DNA from: Escherichia phage Shashou | Sequence record: MK931440.1 | Length of the DNA stretch: 44,155 nucleotides | Reading direction: 5' to 3' (one strand) | Part shown: one piece after another, positions 17,508 to 27,568 of the stretch | Layout: each line of letters opens with the position of its first letter | Numbering within the stretch: the stretch's first letter is position 1 | Translations under genes and position numbers: made by a program | Notes under the pieces: generated by a model | Databases searched by the model: none | The model's input: the letters and a program-made list of their open reading frames with translations, nothing else | Told to the model about the DNA's origin: nothing

Positions 17508-18908
17508 ATGAGTGATTTGAGATTCCCTATGTCCCTTCGACCAATAGTGTCGAAGGGGTACTCCCAAACGCGAGGGAGTAATATCTGGCGTACAGAAGTG
17601 CAAGGTGGCGTACCGCGACAGGGGCGTGATACATACTTTGAGCCAGTGCCGATTAGCGTTACGCTCGTCGTATCGTCGCTCGGGCGACAGGCGTTCTATA
17701 GCTTCCTGAACAACATAGACGGCGGTGCGTCTTCATTTATCATGCCGCACGATACGGGTTTAGGTCTCGAAGACCACCAGGTACTTATTACGTCGGACAT
17801 TAGCGACAGCACCGACGATGGTAAAAACTGGGTAATTACTTTCACAGCAACCGCGGAGCGGACTGCGATTCAGGAAGATACCTGCCTTACGAAGAATCTA
17901 CCGGATTTGTTCGGTTGTTATGGGGATTGCTTAGGTGGATTCCTTAAAGCATACGGAGCCGCGCAATCAACGTTTCCACGAATTTGGAGCAATGAAGGGC
18001 CTGCCGGATACCCGCCGATTAACCTTCTGGCGCCCACGCTGGATAGCCGTATTGTGTACGACGGACCGCAGGTTTACTACATCAACCGAAACGGCAATCT
18101 TGTGCAGTCCGCCGTCAATGAATGGCCTCTTACGTTTATTGATGGGGTCGCTGTTGGGCGTGTGCCGCCGGAGGTTGGTGGTCTAAACCTACTAAAAATG
18201 TCAGAGGACTTATCGGATCCCGTATGGGCAAAAACAAGGACTACTGTTACATACGGCGGAACGCAAGACCCTACCGGCGGAACGGGCGCATCCAAACTAG
18301 TCCCAACAACAACCACTGGTACTCACAACGTTTTACAATTGATAACCCCGGAAGCATCTACGGCATACACCTATTCTGTTTTTGTGAAAGCAAATGGGTA
18401 CAATAATGCTATTGTTCAGATCGGAGTATTTGCTAGTCAGGTGGCAAGTAATCCTGTTTATGTAGACCTATCTACGGGGGTGATAACATCAGCTAATGAC
18501 TATTCAAGATGCGGGATAATAGCAGTAGGTGATGGCTGGTTTAGAGTATGGGTGCGAGTTATTACTAATTCCTCCCCGACAAGGATAAACGCGTCTGTGT
18601 GGGCCTCTGACGCTGCTAACAACACGTCTTTCCCAGGTGATGGTGTTAGTGCTATATCAGTTTTTGGCGCCCAAATGGAGAAATCTAATAATTCATCGTC
18701 GTATGTTAAAACCGAAGAAAATTTAATTACACGCCCCGCGGCATCGGCAAAAGTAACCATGAATGGTGCGGCAAGCATTGACATTACCTATTCCGACGGC
18801 ACTGTGGTAAACGTTCCGTCTGTTGACGGTTACGCCACCATCCCCCAAGCGGATTCTGCGTGGGGTAGCAAATATATCACCCGTATTGATTTTAATGTGG
18901 ACGGTTAA
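17508..18908 (+). CDS. minor/distal tail protein with AT-rich C-terminal extension
   Basis: First gene after tape measure; C-terminal half (about 18250..18750) is distinctly AT-rich, suggesting an acquired domain. Confidence 0.6.
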   Translation: MSDLRFPMSLRPIVSKGYSQTRGSNIWRTEVQGGVPRQGRDTYFEPVPISVTLVVSSLGRQAFYSFLNNIDGGASSFIMPHDTGLGLEDHQVLITSDISDSTDDGKNWVITFTATAERTAIQEDTCLTKNLPDLFGCYGDCLGGFLKAYGAAQSTFPRIWSNEGPAGYPPINLLAPTLDSRIVYDGPQVYYINRNGNLVQSAVNEWPLTFIDGVAVGRVPPEVGGLNLLKMSEDLSDPVWAKTRTTVTYGGTQDPTGGTGASKLVPTTTTGTHNVLQLITPEASTAYTYSVFVKANGYNNAIVQIGVFASQVASNPVYVDLSTGVITSANDYSRCGIIAVGDGWFRVWVRVITNSSPTRINASVWASDAANNTSFPGDGVSAISVFGAQMEKSNNSSSYVKTEENLITRPAASAKVTMNGAASIDITYSDGTVVNVPSVDGYATIPQADSAWGSKYITRIDFNVDG

Positions 18909-18911
18909 CTT

Positions 18912-19427
18912 ATGAGTCAGGAATCAGTAGAAGCAGCCTATCGCCGTAAGCTGGCATCAAACCCCGACGGCGAGATTGACTACACGACGCTGGAGATAGT
19001 GCATCCGCTTCTTTCGAAGCGGTATTTACTTGTGCGCGGAACTTCTGACCTGACGGCAACGTTAGAGACCGGAGAAGTAGTTACGTTTGAGGCCACACCA
19101 ATGGAGGCTAAAGGGGCCGCCAACAATAACGACATGGACCAGCGAGCATCGTTCGCATTGCCCGATATTGGAAACCAGTTAGACGATGAGATGGATAGGA
19201 TACCGCCCGATAATACCGTGTTGCCTAAGTTTATATTCCGCCGTTTTGTTAGTACCGATTTGTCTTACCCGGCTGACGGGCCTGTTGTGTATGAGTTGCA
19301 GTCGATAAACCAGGAAAAGGGGCTATTTACCGCCTACGTTGGCGTTCCTATGTTGAACCAAAGGGCCACTGGTGAACTAATGACCCCTTCAGTAATCCCA
19401 TTGTTACGGGGCGTTTTGTCCACATGA
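18912..19427 (+). CDS. minor tail protein (gpL-like, putative)
   Basis: Synteny in tail tip cluster. Confidence 0.45.
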   Translation: MSQESVEAAYRRKLASNPDGEIDYTTLEIVHPLLSKRYLLVRGTSDLTATLETGEVVTFEATPMEAKGAANNNDMDQRASFALPDIGNQLDDEMDRIPPDNTVLPKFIFRRFVSTDLSYPADGPVVYELQSINQEKGLFTAYVGVPMLNQRATGELMTPSVIPLLRGVLST

Positions 19428-19789
19428 ATATTAATTCTTATACAGGGTTGCCGTACGACTTTCGCCGTCGTAATTGCTGGCACCATGTCCGTAACGTTCG
19501 TGCGGATGTAGGCCTCTTTACGCCTGAGTTTAACGTCGCTTCGCCAACACAGATTAACGACGCCTTCGAAGAAGGCCATAAAGATACTAAAGGCCTTGTA
19601 CGCGTAGAAACTCCGCAAAACTTCGATGCCGTGCTGATGGCAACACGGCACAGAAACCGTGTAATCTGGCACGCCGGAGTATACTATGACGGTATGGTTA
19701 GTCATTGCGAGCTGGCGAGTCGCCAGGTACGGTTAGACCGTCTGGAAGACTTGCGCGAAACTTATGCGGAGATAGAATTTTGGCGCTGA
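19424..19789 (+). CDS. tail assembly protein (gpK-like, putative)
   Basis: Synteny; RRNCWHH cysteine/histidine cluster. Confidence 0.4.
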   Translation: MNINSYTGLPYDFRRRNCWHHVRNVRADVGLFTPEFNVASPTQINDAFEEGHKDTKGLVRVETPQNFDAVLMATRHRNRVIWHAGVYYDGMVSHCELASRQVRLDRLEDLRETYAEIEFWR

Positions 19790-22335
19790 CATTACATTAC
19801 ACCCGTAACGAAGACGGTACTTTCGACCGCGAACGGCACAACGTACCGCCGATGGAATACGTCGTCGCTAACATCCCCGACGGGGTGCCTGTACGTATTT
19901 ACCGTGGCGAGATCGGCGAGGACACGGAAGTAACTGAAGATTTCGAAGCGCTGAAAGAAGACGATGTTTTCCATATTATCGAAGGCGCTGGTGGCGGTGG
20001 CGGTTTTCTGGGTAAACTCCTGGACCCTTTGGGTGTGCTTAAATTTGTTACCAAGTTGATTTCTCCGTCGCAGAAAACGCCTAAAACGAGTTTAGCGAAC
20101 CAGCAGGCTGAGTCCCCCAACAACAGCCTGACGGACCGAAGCAATAAACCCCGTCCATATGAACGGTCGTATGATATTTGCGGCAGAGTCCAGACTATCC
20201 CTAATGACCTCATGACTACCTATAAAATATTCGATGAATCTGGTCGCATTATTGAATACGGATACTACGATGCCGGTCGTGGGTATCTGGACATCAAGGC
20301 CGAAGATATTACCGACGGCGATACTAAGGTACAGGAGATTACGGGGACCTCTGTCGCGGTGTACGCGCCGTTTACATCCCCCAACAATACAAATACCCCG
20401 CAGCTTCTGGTGGGGGAACCTATCAATCAGAATCTTTATATAACTATCGCGTCTAATGAAGTAGATGGAGCCGTTCTTAAAGCCCAGAACGATATTCGGG
20501 TCAACCCAAGCGACACGGGCCGCGTGAGATATGACTCTGCTACAAAAATTGGATACCTGTATGACGACACGGGGGATTCTGGCTTCGCGGAAATATTATC
20601 TGTTGGTGACACCGCGTCGTTCAATAACTTTGACGTTCCGGACGTAACAAATACCAACGGCAACTTTCGTGTTCTTTATGTCGATAACTTCGAGCTGCGG
20701 GTCGACACCGGCGGCGCGTCTAATTGGGCTGCTTTAGGCTCAACCACCTATTCACTTTCCCAGAGAAGTGACACGTGGGTAGGCCCCGTGGATACGTATG
20801 AAAGAACATTAACCGACTGGACCACCTTAAACCGCCTGGAAGTTGAACGCGTAGTAGCCAACATCGCTGCCGCTAACGGTATGTATAAAGACAACGGCAG
20901 TAAATTGCGTACGTCGGTAACTATTGAACTCCAATACCAACTACTCGATGAAACCGGTGCCCCATACGGGAGTATCTATTCAAAACAGGCCGTTATATCT
21001 GGTCGGTCCGCCGACTACACCGGAGTTACTATTTACGCCGACTTGCCCATGAGGTCGAAAGTTAGGGTACGTGCCCGTCGTGTTACCAACCTGGACCTTG
21101 ATTTCGAGGGCACCGTGGTAGACGAGGTTTCCTATATCAACCTTTACGGTCAGGTCCGTGACACTACGCCACATTACGGCAATCGTACCACCGTACACTC
21201 GGCACGTAAGCAGACGCCGCGGGCCGCAGAGATTAAGCAACCACAGTTACGTATGGTCGCCACAGAGATGGTGTACAAATACCTCGGTAATGGTGTATTC
21301 GACACCGTAATGACACCGAATACTCAGGCCATTCAATCATTAATACGTCTCGCCCGTGACCCGGTAGTAGGTAATCTCAACCTAACAACATCCAATATGG
21401 ACAAGTTGTTAGCGACTCAAACCGAAATAGAAAACTATTTCGGTAACGTTGAGGCTGGGCAATTCTGCTACACTTTTGACGACTATAAAATGACCATGCA
21501 GGATATCATCAGCACAATAGCCGATGCTATTTTCTGCACTCCATATCGTAAAGGGCAAGACATATTACTGGATTTCGAGCGCCCGCGTATGGGGCCGGAA
21601 ATGGTATTCACACATCGAAGTAAGACAACAGCTTCGGAAAAGTGGACGCGCACATTCAACGACGCTCAGGTATACGATAGTCTTAAGTTCTCCTACATCG
21701 ACCCAGATACTAACGTAAAAGAGACCATCAGCATTCCCGCCGAGGGCGGTGTTAACACAGAAACGTATGACTCTAAAGGTATACGTAATTATCGTCAGGC
21801 GTACTGGGCGGCGTACCGTCGGTACCAGAAGAACCTGTTGAAGAAGGTGACGGTATCATTCACGGCGACAGAAGAAGGGGTTTTTGTGCTTCCAGGACGG
21901 GCAATAAGCGTAGTTAAAGGTTCACGCGTAGCACCCCAAGACGGTTATGTTATTGCGGTTAATGGCCTTACCCTGACGCTATCACAGCCTGTTACGTTTA
22001 CCCCAGGAGATGACCACTCCATCATCCTCAAGAAGCGAGACGGAGGAGTTCAAAGTGTTGCCGTTGTGCCGGGAAGCCACGACCGTGAAGTGGTTATGCT
22101 ATCTGCGCCACAGGAAGCAATCTACACGGGGAATAGTGCGCTAAAAACTGAGTTTTCATTCGGCAACGAAGCAAGGCATAATGCTCAGATGATTCTTGTT
22201 TCCACAGTTGACCCCGGAGATGACAGAACGGTCAAGATTACGGGTTACAACTATGACGACGGATTCTATAAATACGATGGCGTCGCGCCATACGGCAGCG
22301 GTTTCTCCGACGGATTCAGCAATGGTTTTAATTAA
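19780..22335 (+). CDS. tail tip / central fibre protein (gpJ-like) with gpI-like N-terminal region
   Basis: Long ORF; start uncertain (track opens at TTG 19705; TTG 19780 has GGAG RBS; first ATG 19852); N-terminal Gly-run GAGGGGGF. Confidence 0.6.
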   Translation: MALTLHYTRNEDGTFDRERHNVPPMEYVVANIPDGVPVRIYRGEIGEDTEVTEDFEALKEDDVFHIIEGAGGGGGFLGKLLDPLGVLKFVTKLISPSQKTPKTSLANQQAESPNNSLTDRSNKPRPYERSYDICGRVQTIPNDLMTTYKIFDESGRIIEYGYYDAGRGYLDIKAEDITDGDTKVQEITGTSVAVYAPFTSPNNTNTPQLLVGEPINQNLYITIASNEVDGAVLKAQNDIRVNPSDTGRVRYDSATKIGYLYDDTGDSGFAEILSVGDTASFNNFDVPDVTNTNGNFRVLYVDNFELRVDTGGASNWAALGSTTYSLSQRSDTWVGPVDTYERTLTDWTTLNRLEVERVVANIAAANGMYKDNGSKLRTSVTIELQYQLLDETGAPYGSIYSKQAVISGRSADYTGVTIYADLPMRSKVRVRARRVTNLDLDFEGTVVDEVSYINLYGQVRDTTPHYGNRTTVHSARKQTPRAAEIKQPQLRMVATEMVYKYLGNGVFDTVMTPNTQAIQSLIRLARDPVVGNLNLTTSNMDKLLATQTEIENYFGNVEAGQFCYTFDDYKMTMQDIISTIADAIFCTPYRKGQDILLDFERPRMGPEMVFTHRSKTTASEKWTRTFNDAQVYDSLKFSYIDPDTNVKETISIPAEGGVNTETYDSKGIRNYRQAYWAAYRRYQKNLLKKVTVSFTATEEGVFVLPGRAISVVKGSRVAPQDGYVIAVNGLTLTLSQPVTFTPGDDHSIILKKRDGGVQSVAVVPGSHDREVVMLSAPQEAIYTGNSALKTEFSFGNEARHNAQMILVSTVDPGDDRTVKITGYNYDDGFYKYDGVAPYGSGFSDGFSNGFN

Positions 22336-22347
22336 AGAGGACTCTAT

Positions 22348-24720
22348 ATGTCAAGCGGATGCGGTGACGTTTTAAGCCTGGCGGATTTACAAACCGCCAA
22401 GAAGCACCAGATTTTTGAAGTTGAGGTTATCACTGGTAAATCCGGCGGTGTCGCCAGTGGTGCGGATATCGATTATGCGACCAACGCGGTTACTGGTCAG
22501 ATGCAGAAGACTCTCCCCGCCGTGTTGCGAGATGCGGGGTTCTTCCCGGCATCTTTTGATTTCACTACCGGCGGGACATTATCGACTACAGACCGCAATA
22601 AGGTCGTTTATGACCCAGTAAGCATGGCCTGGTATTCATGGGGTGGTTCTTTACCAAAGGTCGTCCCCGCGGAAACTAACCCGTTACTGGACACAAATTG
22701 GAAACCGCAAACAGACCCGAATCTACGCAATGACCTTGAAAATGGCATGTACAGAACGGACGCAACCGCCGTTAAATATGTCCCTGGGGTGGTTATAGAT
22801 AGCACAACAGATAACCGGGCCGCATTGTATGCATTCCCTGGCAAAGTTTATATCCCAAAAGACGTCCAGCTACGCTGTAATTTCCTGCCAGATGATGATG
22901 TAACAAAATTTACTGGTGAAGGAAAAATTCTCACGCGCGACCCATGGGGTAACGAGCACATTTTCGACGTTTCACTGGCAACTCATGGGAGCAAATACAC
23001 TGCATTCAACGTAATAAACCAGTTCGCTCGCCGCAATACGCTATGTCGTGTTGGTATCGTTGGTGACTCAATCACAGACGGTGCATACGGAACCGAATGG
23101 GTAGCCAACCCAACGGATTCAAACGGGGACCTGTCCTCGACTAATTATGACCACAATAGCAATGGTGGCGCAGGCTCCTGGTTCCGTACCTTCACGGACT
23201 GGCTTAACCGATTTACAAAAAATGGTGCTTTCATCTTTAAAGCAGAAAACTGCGCATCTTCTGGAAAGCGACTTATTGACGGGTGGGCTAATCGTAATTT
23301 CGACCATGGCTTTTTCAAAAACACTGCATACGGGAATGTTCCACCGGATGTCTGCTTTATGTCTATGGGCGTTAACGATAACGGCCAACTGAATACGTTA
23401 GGGTTCGATCAGTACTTATTCCGTTTTGAGCAGTTTATCCGTAAAGCATGGGGCTATGGATGTGCTGTCTGCGTTGTTTCAATGAACCAGAATGGCTCAC
23501 AATGGGCGGCTCTCGAGGCATCAATCAAGAAGCATATTGAACGCCTGTTCCCCGCGGTAGAGTTCCTCGATCTCTCTCAGGCAGTAACTGAGATGTACAG
23601 AGATGTCGGTAGCTACACCTTAGAAGAAATTTGCCGTCGTCCTACCAATGGCTCTTTCGACTACACGCACTTTGCGCCCCTTGGTCACCAATATATTGGC
23701 GCTTATGCCGCGACCAAGGTTATGCCTTATCGCGTCCATAAGGCCACAAAAGGGAATAATTTCCTGCCGGTGTCGCCTAACGATATCCAACCATTCGGGT
23801 ACCCTTCCGGCAGTACATATGACGTTTCTATGGAGCGACTTAGCGGAAATTCATACCTGAATGGGCTTACCGGATGGGGCGTGGTTGAGCCCGCTACTGA
23901 AAATTTAACCATACGATATTTTGTCTGGTGTGATACTTCTGACATATCAATGGTTATTTTTGAACCATATAACCCTACTTACATTGGTTCCAGGCGCGCA
24001 AATACTGTATCAATACGCCAACAAGATACCCGTAATACAGCATATAGCTCCGGTAATATCGCGAGTAATGGCGTCTCATCGTTTACGAACAAACTCACCA
24101 CACGAACTGGAATCCTTAGAAAAGGACTGAATCAGATTGAGATTGTTTACGATGGTACGCCGTCGAAAGTATACCCTCCCGCTCTGTTATTCAGAGGAGA
24201 GCTGAACGAATCATGTTCTCAGAACGCCTCTGTATACTTGGCTGCAAATGCGATAAAGGGTGTTTACGGGCAGGTAAGAGATAAAGCAGATCTCTTATTA
24301 GCGTATGGTGCAGAAACAGCAAATGATGAAGCGCCGGATATGTACGGCGCTACTAAGTCATCAAATGTTCAAAATGTTGTCCTGTCAGCTTTGCCCGTTG
24401 GTTGTGGTGTTGTTTTTTACTACAAACCCACGTCACAAAGTGGAGTTGTCGCCAAGAGAGTGGCGACTGGCATCGAGATCTCGACGATGCTTTTTGGCGC
24501 ACTTACTGTTATCGGCACCTTGACTTGCGATGTGACCGGCGAAGTCATGCTCACAGCCGGCCTGGCACCTTCAGTACCTACAATAACAGTTAAACCCACT
24601 ACCGGCGGCACTGTTCAACAAGCTGTTACTGGTCACTCTGGCGGCAAGATAGCCCTGATTAACAAGGGGGCTTCCGGTAACACAATAACGGTTAAATCTT
24701 CATCTCAATTCGTCATTTAA
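22348..24720 (+). CDS. tailspike / receptor-binding protein with SGNH (GDSL) hydrolase domain
   Basis: SGNH blocks in order: GIVGDSITDG, MSMGVNDNG, FDYTHF; C-terminal third AT-rich; followed by bidirectional terminator. Confidence 0.7.
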   Translation: MSSGCGDVLSLADLQTAKKHQIFEVEVITGKSGGVASGADIDYATNAVTGQMQKTLPAVLRDAGFFPASFDFTTGGTLSTTDRNKVVYDPVSMAWYSWGGSLPKVVPAETNPLLDTNWKPQTDPNLRNDLENGMYRTDATAVKYVPGVVIDSTTDNRAALYAFPGKVYIPKDVQLRCNFLPDDDVTKFTGEGKILTRDPWGNEHIFDVSLATHGSKYTAFNVINQFARRNTLCRVGIVGDSITDGAYGTEWVANPTDSNGDLSSTNYDHNSNGGAGSWFRTFTDWLNRFTKNGAFIFKAENCASSGKRLIDGWANRNFDHGFFKNTAYGNVPPDVCFMSMGVNDNGQLNTLGFDQYLFRFEQFIRKAWGYGCAVCVVSMNQNGSQWAALEASIKKHIERLFPAVEFLDLSQAVTEMYRDVGSYTLEEICRRPTNGSFDYTHFAPLGHQYIGAYAATKVMPYRVHKATKGNNFLPVSPNDIQPFGYPSGSTYDVSMERLSGNSYLNGLTGWGVVEPATENLTIRYFVWCDTSDISMVIFEPYNPTYIGSRRANTVSIRQQDTRNTAYSSGNIASNGVSSFTNKLTTRTGILRKGLNQIEIVYDGTPSKVYPPALLFRGELNESCSQNASVYLAANAIKGVYGQVRDKADLLLAYGAETANDEAPDMYGATKSSNVQNVVLSALPVGCGVVFYYKPTSQSGVVAKRVATGIEISTMLFGALTVIGTLTCDVTGEVMLTAGLAPSVPTITVKPTTGGTVQQAVTGHSGGKIALINKGASGNTITVKSSSQFVI

Positions 24721-24724
24721 ATAC

Positions 24725-24748
24725 AAAAGGCCCCTTTCGGGGCCTTTT
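24725..24748. terminator. bidirectional intrinsic terminator between tailspike and helicase operon
   Basis: aaaaggcccc-tttc-ggggcctttt between convergent genes. Confidence 0.7.
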
Positions 24749-24750
24749 CT

Positions 24751-24888
24751 CTACTCTTCGGATAACTTCTCCAGTACAAACGCCAGTTGCGCATTAGCGG
24801 CGTCTCTCTGTTGCCGTAGTCGTAGAACCTCTTCTTCGAGTTCCTCGATACGTTTTTGCAATGCCGGAATTGGGGCTATGATGTTCAT
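24751..24888 (-). CDS. small coiled-coil protein (45 aa), hypothetical
   Basis: ATGA overlap with helicase stop; heptad-like IEELEEEVLRLRQQ; ends at terminator; not in ORF track. Confidence 0.4.
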   Translation of the reverse strand: MNIIAPIPALQKRIEELEEEVLRLRQQRDAANAQLAFVLEKLSEE

Positions 24889-27350
24889 TTCTTACCTCGT
24901 CTCTTCATGTAATTAAGCAATTCTTCCTGTACAGATTTCTTCTCGTCGGTGCGCGCGGCAACAACCTCATCCAGCGTGTCTTTAGCGACGATGTGATAGA
25001 GGAACACCGGGCGCTCGTGTCCAGCCTGTTTCTGACGAACAGGGCCTATGCGCTCGACAACCTGCAAATAGTGCTCGAGGTTCCATCCCTGACTTATAAA
25101 CGCCAGATGATGCCCTCCATCCTGTAAATTCAAACCATGGCCGGCTGACGCGGGATGAACACATAAGATTTCGATTTCACCACGGTTCCACGCTTCCATC
25201 TGCTTATTACCCTTAGCTCCTTTGGCAAACGCCTTAGCCTGCGGGAATCGCTTAAGTATGCGCTCCAGTTCGTGTTTAAACTGATAGGCCACCAGTAACG
25301 GCGCGCCCTGCAACTCCTCAACAATGGACTCCAGTGCGTCCAGTTTCGTGTCATGCACTTTCTCCCAGTCTTTCGTTGCTTCGCCATCTGGCCCTGATAC
25401 ATACACGGCACCGGACGCAATCTGGAGACACTTTGATGTCTTCGCTGCCGCGTTAGCGGCTTCAACTTCCCCGCTCTCGAGTTCCGCAAATAACTTCTCC
25501 TCCATATCGATGTACGCCTGACGCGCTTTCTTCGGCAGGTCTATTTCAACAGGAACGATAATCGGCGCTTCGCAACCGAACCACTCTGCAGCATCGATAG
25601 TGAGACTGATATCCTTCATCTTCTGATGAATCTCGGTATCCGCGCCCGGGCGAGCGTGATACTCACGCGCCATAGCCGATTTGCCTTTCTGTATCGAATT
25701 AAACCAGCGGTCGGTAAACGCCGTATACGAAGAACCAAGTCGCTCGCCTGCGTCTATAAACCAGTTCTGCCCCCACAAGTCTTTGAGGCCGTTTGGTGAC
25801 GGCGTACCGGTCAGGTTGATAAAACGCTTAACCTTACCAAACGCCACTTTACTAAGCGCCTTTGCTCGCTTGCTGCCACCAGAACGGCTGCGGAACGATT
25901 TAAGCTTCGTGCTCTCGTCGGCAACGATAACTGTGAAAGGCCAGTCGTCTTTGCCGTAGTAGTCAATCAGCCACTCGATAACTTCGTAGTTAGTGCACAC
26001 CACGTTAGCGTCGGACTCAAGCGCCGTGATGCGGCGCTTCTCCGAACCGGTCGCATCTACTACACGCAGGCACGGGAAACCCCAACGTGCCTGTTCCGCG
26101 GGCCACGTGCCAGACGCAACACGCAACGGGGCGAGGATTAACACGCGGTCGTCGTCATTAAGTTGCCCATTACGGAACAGGCGGTTGAGAACCCACAACG
26201 TTGAGCTTGTATTGTGCGTGACAGTGAAGTCCCCCAATAAAAACCTACTGTCACCGTCGATAGTGAAGCCGAAATAATCATCTACGCCGACCGGGGTTAT
26301 GGATTCTATACCAACGTTAAGCACGTTCTTATTAATATTACGCTTCGGTAAATTCTGGTGGCGTCCTCGCACGAAAGGTACCTCAGAAAAATCGCCAGAT
26401 ACCGACACACGGAAGTAGTCACCCCAAACATCAGTGTTTGCGCAACGCTTACGAGTTTTCTTCTTGTAAGCAGCAAAACCAAGAGAACGGCATAGATAGC
26501 AAAAATCATCAGCAAGTCGCTCGCTTACCGAAATCCAGTCAAAACCCGCTTTAGACAAATCGCAGTAACCATCACTATCCAGAAGCCCCGCCAGCAATTC
26601 TAACCGCTGTCGCCGGTCGCCGCATTTGTAACTATGCGGTATATGCTTATTGTTCAGGACACCCGCCGATTTCAGCGCGTGCGTAAACCCGTGCTTCTTA
26701 TGACCTGTGTTGCCGTAAGATATACTCCATGTAAGTCCTTCTTTTCGTATTTGCATCCCATTACGTGCTGCGTACGACTCAAGATAAGCCCTTATTTCCT
26801 TTTCGTTCTCTCCTGATGTTATGGCCCCCGACGACGAAGTACCGTCACCCAGCCATAACCCCATAAGGTACGGAGGCAATAAAGCCTCGTCCTGCTCTTT
26901 CCTTGTAAAATCGACAGGTACCCGCCAACCCTTAAGATACCCATTAGGTCCGGTTACATATTTCGGCAACTTAAGCCAGTCGCGGACGCTTATGTCGAAA
27001 ACGGTATTATCTGGCCATGAACCTTTTGCAATCCCTGTAGTAGTTCGCAGGGATAATATATGGCTTTCGTTGACCGTATACGACTCTCCTTTTCGCGGTT
27101 TAACCTCGTACATCATCTCCCGGCCTCTACCGAGAGACAGTACATTTCTAGGCGTTGAATCCGGCCCCATAAGCACGTCACCGACGATGACGTCTTCTAC
27201 TTTCTTGGTCGTACCGTCAAACATAATAACTTCCGTCCCGCGTTTCAGGCACTTGCCGCTGCCCATACTAGCCCAGATATTGCAACGTGGGTGCTGTAAC
27301 ATAAACGACGTCATTATTTTCTGGTATTCCCTGCGCCTAAATTTACTCAT
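24885..27350 (-). CDS. SF2 (SNF2-like) helicase interrupted by an intein
   Basis: Walker A split as MGSGK | intein | TSSTLW; DExx box VIVADEST; C-terminal helicase motifs incl QVVERIGPVRQ. Confidence 0.8.
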   Translation of the reverse strand: MSKFRRREYQKIMTSFMLQHPRCNIWASMGSGKCLKRGTEVIMFDGTTKKVEDVIVGDVLMGPDSTPRNVLSLGRGREMMYEVKPRKGESYTVNESHILSLRTTTGIAKGSWPDNTVFDISVRDWLKLPKYVTGPNGYLKGWRVPVDFTRKEQDEALLPPYLMGLWLGDGTSSSGAITSGENEKEIRAYLESYAARNGMQIRKEGLTWSISYGNTGHKKHGFTHALKSAGVLNNKHIPHSYKCGDRRQRLELLAGLLDSDGYCDLSKAGFDWISVSERLADDFCYLCRSLGFAAYKKKTRKRCANTDVWGDYFRVSVSGDFSEVPFVRGRHQNLPKRNINKNVLNVGIESITPVGVDDYFGFTIDGDSRFLLGDFTVTHNTSSTLWVLNRLFRNGQLNDDDRVLILAPLRVASGTWPAEQARWGFPCLRVVDATGSEKRRITALESDANVVCTNYEVIEWLIDYYGKDDWPFTVIVADESTKLKSFRSRSGGSKRAKALSKVAFGKVKRFINLTGTPSPNGLKDLWGQNWFIDAGERLGSSYTAFTDRWFNSIQKGKSAMAREYHARPGADTEIHQKMKDISLTIDAAEWFGCEAPIIVPVEIDLPKKARQAYIDMEEKLFAELESGEVEAANAAAKTSKCLQIASGAVYVSGPDGEATKDWEKVHDTKLDALESIVEELQGAPLLVAYQFKHELERILKRFPQAKAFAKGAKGNKQMEAWNRGEIEILCVHPASAGHGLNLQDGGHHLAFISQGWNLEHYLQVVERIGPVRQKQAGHERPVFLYHIVAKDTLDEVVAARTDEKKSVQEELLNYMKRRGKK
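26211..27251 (-). mobile_element. intein with LAGLIDADG homing endonuclease domain (about 347 aa)
   Basis: Begins with Cys after GSGK, ends THN followed by Thr; LAGLIDADG-type motifs LMGLWLGDG and LAGLLDSDG; excision restores GSGKT. Confidence 0.75.
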
Positions 27351-27538
27351 TTCAGCACCAGCACCAGCTCTTTACGCCCGAACGCCGTAACGTTACCTGT
27401 TACATCTTCAATAACCAGTTTACCGTTAGACTCGACGAACACCGTATCAACGGCAACAGGGCGACGGGTCTTAACGTTGAAAATCATATCGCCTGGTACG
27501 ATGTCACGTGCTGGTTTGCGGTCATATTCGTGTTTCAT
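27347..27538 (-). CDS. hypothetical protein
   Basis: 63-aa ORF with ATGA overlap to helicase start; downstream of promoter 27572..27600. Confidence 0.5.
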   Translation of the reverse strand: MKHEYDRKPARDIVPGDMIFNVKTRRPVAVDTVFVESNGKLVIEDVTGNVTAFGRKELVLVLK

Positions 27539-27568
27539 TTCTCAATTCCTTATATTGTTGGTGTAGGG

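Noticed and set aside
26821-27390. 189-aa plus-strand ORF overlapping helicase and intein
   Set aside because: Antisense to the helicase/intein ORF, which has clear motifs.
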